IMG/VR virus record: IMGVR_UViG_3300042453_000758
Coordinates: 1-36,867 of that record
Source: a virus
Taxonomy: Duplodnaviria > Caudoviricetes
Length of the DNA: 36,867 nucleotides
Direction: 5' to 3' (one strand)
How positions within the stretch are numbered: position 1 is the first letter of the stretch; the number at the start of each line of letters is the position of its first letter. The position numbers and the translations under genes were made by a program. This document shows positions 34,639 to 36,867 of this stretch, piece after piece. Under the pieces are notes generated by a model, which made no database searches, had not been told where the DNA came from, and saw only the letters and a list, made by a program, of their open reading frames with translations.

Positions 34639-34728
34639 TAGGAGCCTCTGAGAGCCCTTCAATACCCTTTCAGCACCCTTTACCCTCAGAACCTCTTACA
34701 AGGCCCTTCCTGGCTCTCCTAGGCCTCT
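34639..34728. repeat. ~11-bp periodic GC-patch element, copy B
   Basis: Begins with the same TAGGAGCCTCT 11-mer as copy A and ends GGCCTCT about 90 bp later. Confidence 0.6.
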
Positions 34729-34761
34729 ATCACGGTTTGTAACGATTCACAACAGCAGCCC

Positions 34762-34789
34762 TTGCCTGGCCCTGGTCAGGCTCTAAGGT
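34762..34789 (+). promoter_or_regulatory. Putative host sigma70-type early promoter
   Basis: TTGCCT-16 nt-TAAGGT upstream of the first early ORF; the near-palindrome TTGTAA-CGAT-TCACAA (34737-34752) lies just upstream. Confidence 0.45.
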
Positions 34790-34840
34790 GGTGCTCAAGC
34801 GGGCCGAGAGGTCTTGCTTAGTCCTACATCCTTCGATCTA

Positions 34841-35035
34841 ATGACTACCCAAACCAAACGGACTAAATACCTTTTCAGCGGAGACCTTGCTTCCACTCCT
34901 AGTTCTGTTGAAGAGTTCACAGAATTTGCAGCAAAGGTTTGCCAAAGACTGAGCGCAAAGGATCACGAACAGTTTTGGTATCTAATCCGACTGGCTCGTG
35001 CTCAAGGCTACGAACAAGGCTTGAAAGAAGCCTGA
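34841..35035 (+). CDS. Early hypothetical protein (64 aa)
   Basis: ATG follows a hairpin and a TCCTACATCCTT leader. Confidence 0.7.
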   Translation: MTTQTKRTKYLFSGDLASTPSSVEEFTEFAAKVCQRLSAKDHEQFWYLIRLARAQGYEQGLKEA

Positions 35036-35097
35036 AACAAAAGGCCTACCGGGAGCCTACTCAATCCCGGCCAATCCCTCCTACATCCTTTGACCGA

Positions 35098-35295
35098 ATG
35101 CAAACTATCACGTTCAAGCTTGAAAGCCACTATGGCCTCACTAGGGCTTACCCAATTAGTCAAGAAGCCATTCTGCTATTGAGACTGACAGGAACTAAAA
35201 CCCTCATCCCTAGCGCAATGGGAACTATTGCAGCCCTTGGTTATTTCTGTGTGGATACCGAGGGTAATGAGATCAAACCTAGCCAGCTTTACTAA
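35098..35295 (+). CDS. Early hypothetical protein (65 aa)
   Basis: MQTITFKLESHYG.TRAYP...A..L..LTGTKTL...LGY, a recurrent phage early-protein pattern; same leader as the previous gene. Confidence 0.75.
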   Translation: MQTITFKLESHYGLTRAYPISQEAILLLRLTGTKTLIPSAMGTIAALGYFCVDTEGNEIKPSQLY

Positions 35296-35414
35296 TGCGA
35301 GAACTTATCTTTTCAACCGCTGCTGTTTGCTTCCTAGTCTTCCTGGCTATCGAAGAAACAGCCAAACAACCTACAACCTATTCAGGTTCTCAACAACTGG
35401 TAACCGTCAAATGA
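35295..35414 (+). CDS. 39-aa putative membrane peptide (not in ORF track)
   Basis: TAATG and ATGA coupling on the two sides; MRELIFSTAAVCFLVFLAIEETAKQPTTYSGSQQLVTVK. Confidence 0.6.
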   Translation: MRELIFSTAAVCFLVFLAIEETAKQPTTYSGSQQLVTVK

Positions 35415-35578
35415 TCCTCCCACCTTGCCCAGATTCTGTTTACTGGCACTACTCCCAACTAGCTTATCAATGGGAAGAAAAACAACTATCACTGTGGGAA
35501 CAGGAACAGGAACTAGCAGACAAACAGGATCTGTTCGACGAACTAAACGAGTTCGAAGACTTCGAAGACTTTGAGTGA
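35411..35578 (+). CDS. 55-aa highly acidic early protein
   Basis: ATGA-coupled start; 16 D/E versus 2 K. Confidence 0.6.
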   Translation: MILPPCPDSVYWHYSQLAYQWEEKQLSLWEQEQELADKQDLFDELNEFEDFEDFE

Positions 35579-35611
35579 TCCTTACCCTTACCTTTTCAAC
35601 CTTTCCTAGCT

Positions 35612-36187
35612 ATGACTTCCGCAACCTTTGACCGCTTCGACATAGCATCCGCTCACTATTTGTTCTGGAGTGAGCACCACTCGGGAATGTTTAGCGAAAG
35701 CTACACAAAATTGTGTAAGGCCTTGAGTATCTTTAAACCTAGTCCGTCGTTTGATTGGCAATCTCTTTCAGATAACGCAAAAGATATTTATAGAAACCTC
35801 TGCGAACGTGAGCTAGTGAAATGTGACTATGACTCATTGAGCTACATCCTGGAAGATAATTACGACCTAGAAGATGATTGTGTCGCTTGGTTTGTTGAAC
35901 ATTACAATGACAACCCAGAAGACCTTTGCAATTATCAAACGTCAGACTTTATCAATATCGATATGTGTTACACCAAAGACCTTCTGAACTTCTATAGAGA
36001 CAACGAAACATCAATCCTTGAATGGCTAGACCTAGCTTGCGACGCTTACGGTTACACCTCTAGGTTGCAACTTGTCGAAGGTCAAACAATAGAAGATCCC
36101 GACGATATGGCTACGGCTTTCGTGAATGCAGCTATGACATATCTTGGGAACGATCTTTATACAGCGGTGGAGAACTGGGAAGATTGA
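35612..36187 (+). CDS. Early acidic two-domain hypothetical protein
   Basis: 191-aa ORF with a pyrimidine-rich leader; acidic and aromatic C-terminal half. Confidence 0.8.
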   Translation: MTSATFDRFDIASAHYLFWSEHHSGMFSESYTKLCKALSIFKPSPSFDWQSLSDNAKDIYRNLCERELVKCDYDSLSYILEDNYDLEDDCVAWFVEHYNDNPEDLCNYQTSDFINIDMCYTKDLLNFYRDNETSILEWLDLACDAYGYTSRLQLVEGQTIEDPDDMATAFVNAAMTYLGNDLYTAVENWED

Positions 36188-36279
36188 TGCTCTATAAATT
36201 CCCACAATTTCTAGGCTATTTATTCCTCTTTATCCTGCCCATTATCCTCACAACTTTAGGCCTACTGAGAGCCAATTAA
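36187..36279 (+). CDS. 30-aa hydrophobic peptide (not in ORF track)
   Basis: TGATG coupling; MLYKFPQFLGYLFLFILPIILTTLGLLRAN; ends just before a terminator. Confidence 0.5.
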   Translation: MLYKFPQFLGYLFLFILPIILTTLGLLRAN

Positions 36280-36290
36280 AGATAACCAAC

Positions 36291-36314
36291 GGCCTCCTAA
36301 TTAGGGGGCCTTTT
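36291..36314 (+). terminator. Intrinsic terminator after first early operon
   Basis: GGCCTCCT-AATT-AGGGGGCC-TTTT. Confidence 0.8.
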
Positions 36315-36327
36315 GCTATACAAATAC

Positions 36328-36431
36328 TTATTGAGAATGCGTCGCAATAGCAGGTAGGTCTAGGTCTAGTTGAGAATGACTCTCAATAGCAACAAGTAGA
36401 AATGAGAATGAGAATCAGAATCAACTAGACC
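36328..36431. promoter_or_regulatory. Fur-box-like operator array with an 11-bp inverted repeat
   Basis: TGAGAAT-G-CGTCGCA (36332-36346), TGAGAAT-G-ACTCTCA (36371-36385), GAGAAT-like hexamers (36398-36421); GGTCTAGTTGA/TCAACTAGACC inverted repeat. Confidence 0.6.
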
Positions 36432-36458
36432 AGGCCTGGGTTCGGTCTTAACTACTAT

Positions 36459-36481
36459 CACGCCACGGGGCACGCCACGGG
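36459..36481 (+). repeat. Tandem 11-bp direct repeat
   Basis: CACGCCACGGG at 36459-36469 and 36471-36481. Confidence 0.8.
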
Positions 36482-36530
36482 ACACCAGCTAAATTTCCTT
36501 TAAATTGCTTTTAGCACTGTGTCGGTGGCA

Positions 36531-36867
36531 ATGCTAGTCCCAGCAAACGCCAAGGAGAAGTTCTACGCACCACTTAAGCAAGTGGCAGCTCAATACGTTC
36601 CACTCCTGATGGCACGAATGACGGTCTTACAAGATCGAGCCAATCGAGCTCTTGAGTTCCTGGATGCTGAGGAAGAGGAAGACCAAGAGTTGGTGTGGAT
36701 GGATGACGCAGAGAAAGTAGTTGCGATTGCTGAGGCACAGTCCGTCCTTCATAAGTCAGTAGTAGAAGCAGGGATGTGCCAATCGTTAGTCGGAGCATTT
36801 GCAGATTTGTTGGAGAACGATTACCAAAGGCTCAGAGATAGCCGGTGTGCGTTCCTCAACGAAGAGG
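36531..36867 (+). CDS. Hypothetical helical acidic protein, 3'-truncated (not in ORF track)
   Basis: Open from ATG 36531 (GTG 36519/36525 alternatives) to the window end: MLVPANAKEKFYAPLKQVAAQYVPLLMARM... Confidence 0.75.
   Translation, partial: MLVPANAKEKFYAPLKQVAAQYVPLLMARMTVLQDRANRALEFLDAEEEEDQELVWMDDAEKVVAIAEAQSVLHKSVVEAGMCQSLVGAFADLLENDYQRLRDSRCAFLNEE

Larger units (their letters stand above)
34412..34760. other. Non-coding region probably containing the genome end junction / terminal repeat
   Basis: No ORF; lies between the last late gene and the first early-type genes, as expected for a circularised T7-like assembly. Exact ends are not visible. Confidence 0.55.

Noticed and set aside
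34737-34752. NtcA or CRP site upstream of the early promoter
   Set aside because: The palindrome TTGTAA-CGAT-TCACAA fits neither GTA-N8-TAC nor TGTGA-N6-TCACA spacing; kept only as an unassigned palindrome.
36574-36798. 74-aa minus-strand ORF
   Set aside because: Lies opposite a longer open + strand frame (36531 to window end) with more protein-like composition.

Overview
Most of a T7-like (Autographiviridae-type) podovirus genome, very probably a cyanophage. The window is circularly permuted and almost entirely + strand. Gene order: DNA polymerase C-terminus, EndoVII-like nuclease, exonuclease, DUF3310, MazG-like hydrolase and a minimal class I ribonucleotide reductase (alpha + beta); then portal, scaffold, an enlarged major capsid protein, tail tubes A/B and three internal virion proteins; two tail-fibre/chaperone sets including a 3x LamG receptor-binding protein; small late genes and lysis genes; TerS, HNH, an NblA-like gene and TerL; then thyX and a second HNH. 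A repeat-rich non-coding region probably holds the genome-end junction and is followed by the first early genes. RNA polymerase, SSB and primase are not in the window. The most notable observations are: Fur-box-like operator arrays bracketing the early region; an NblA-like gene; an RNR beta subunit lacking the radical tyrosine; a lone minus-strand ORF sharing a CATG start with a divergent gene; related beta-rich inserts in the capsid and tail tube B; mosaic LamG cassettes; and ~11-bp-periodic non-coding elements. All calls come from motif recognition and synteny by eye; no searches were run.
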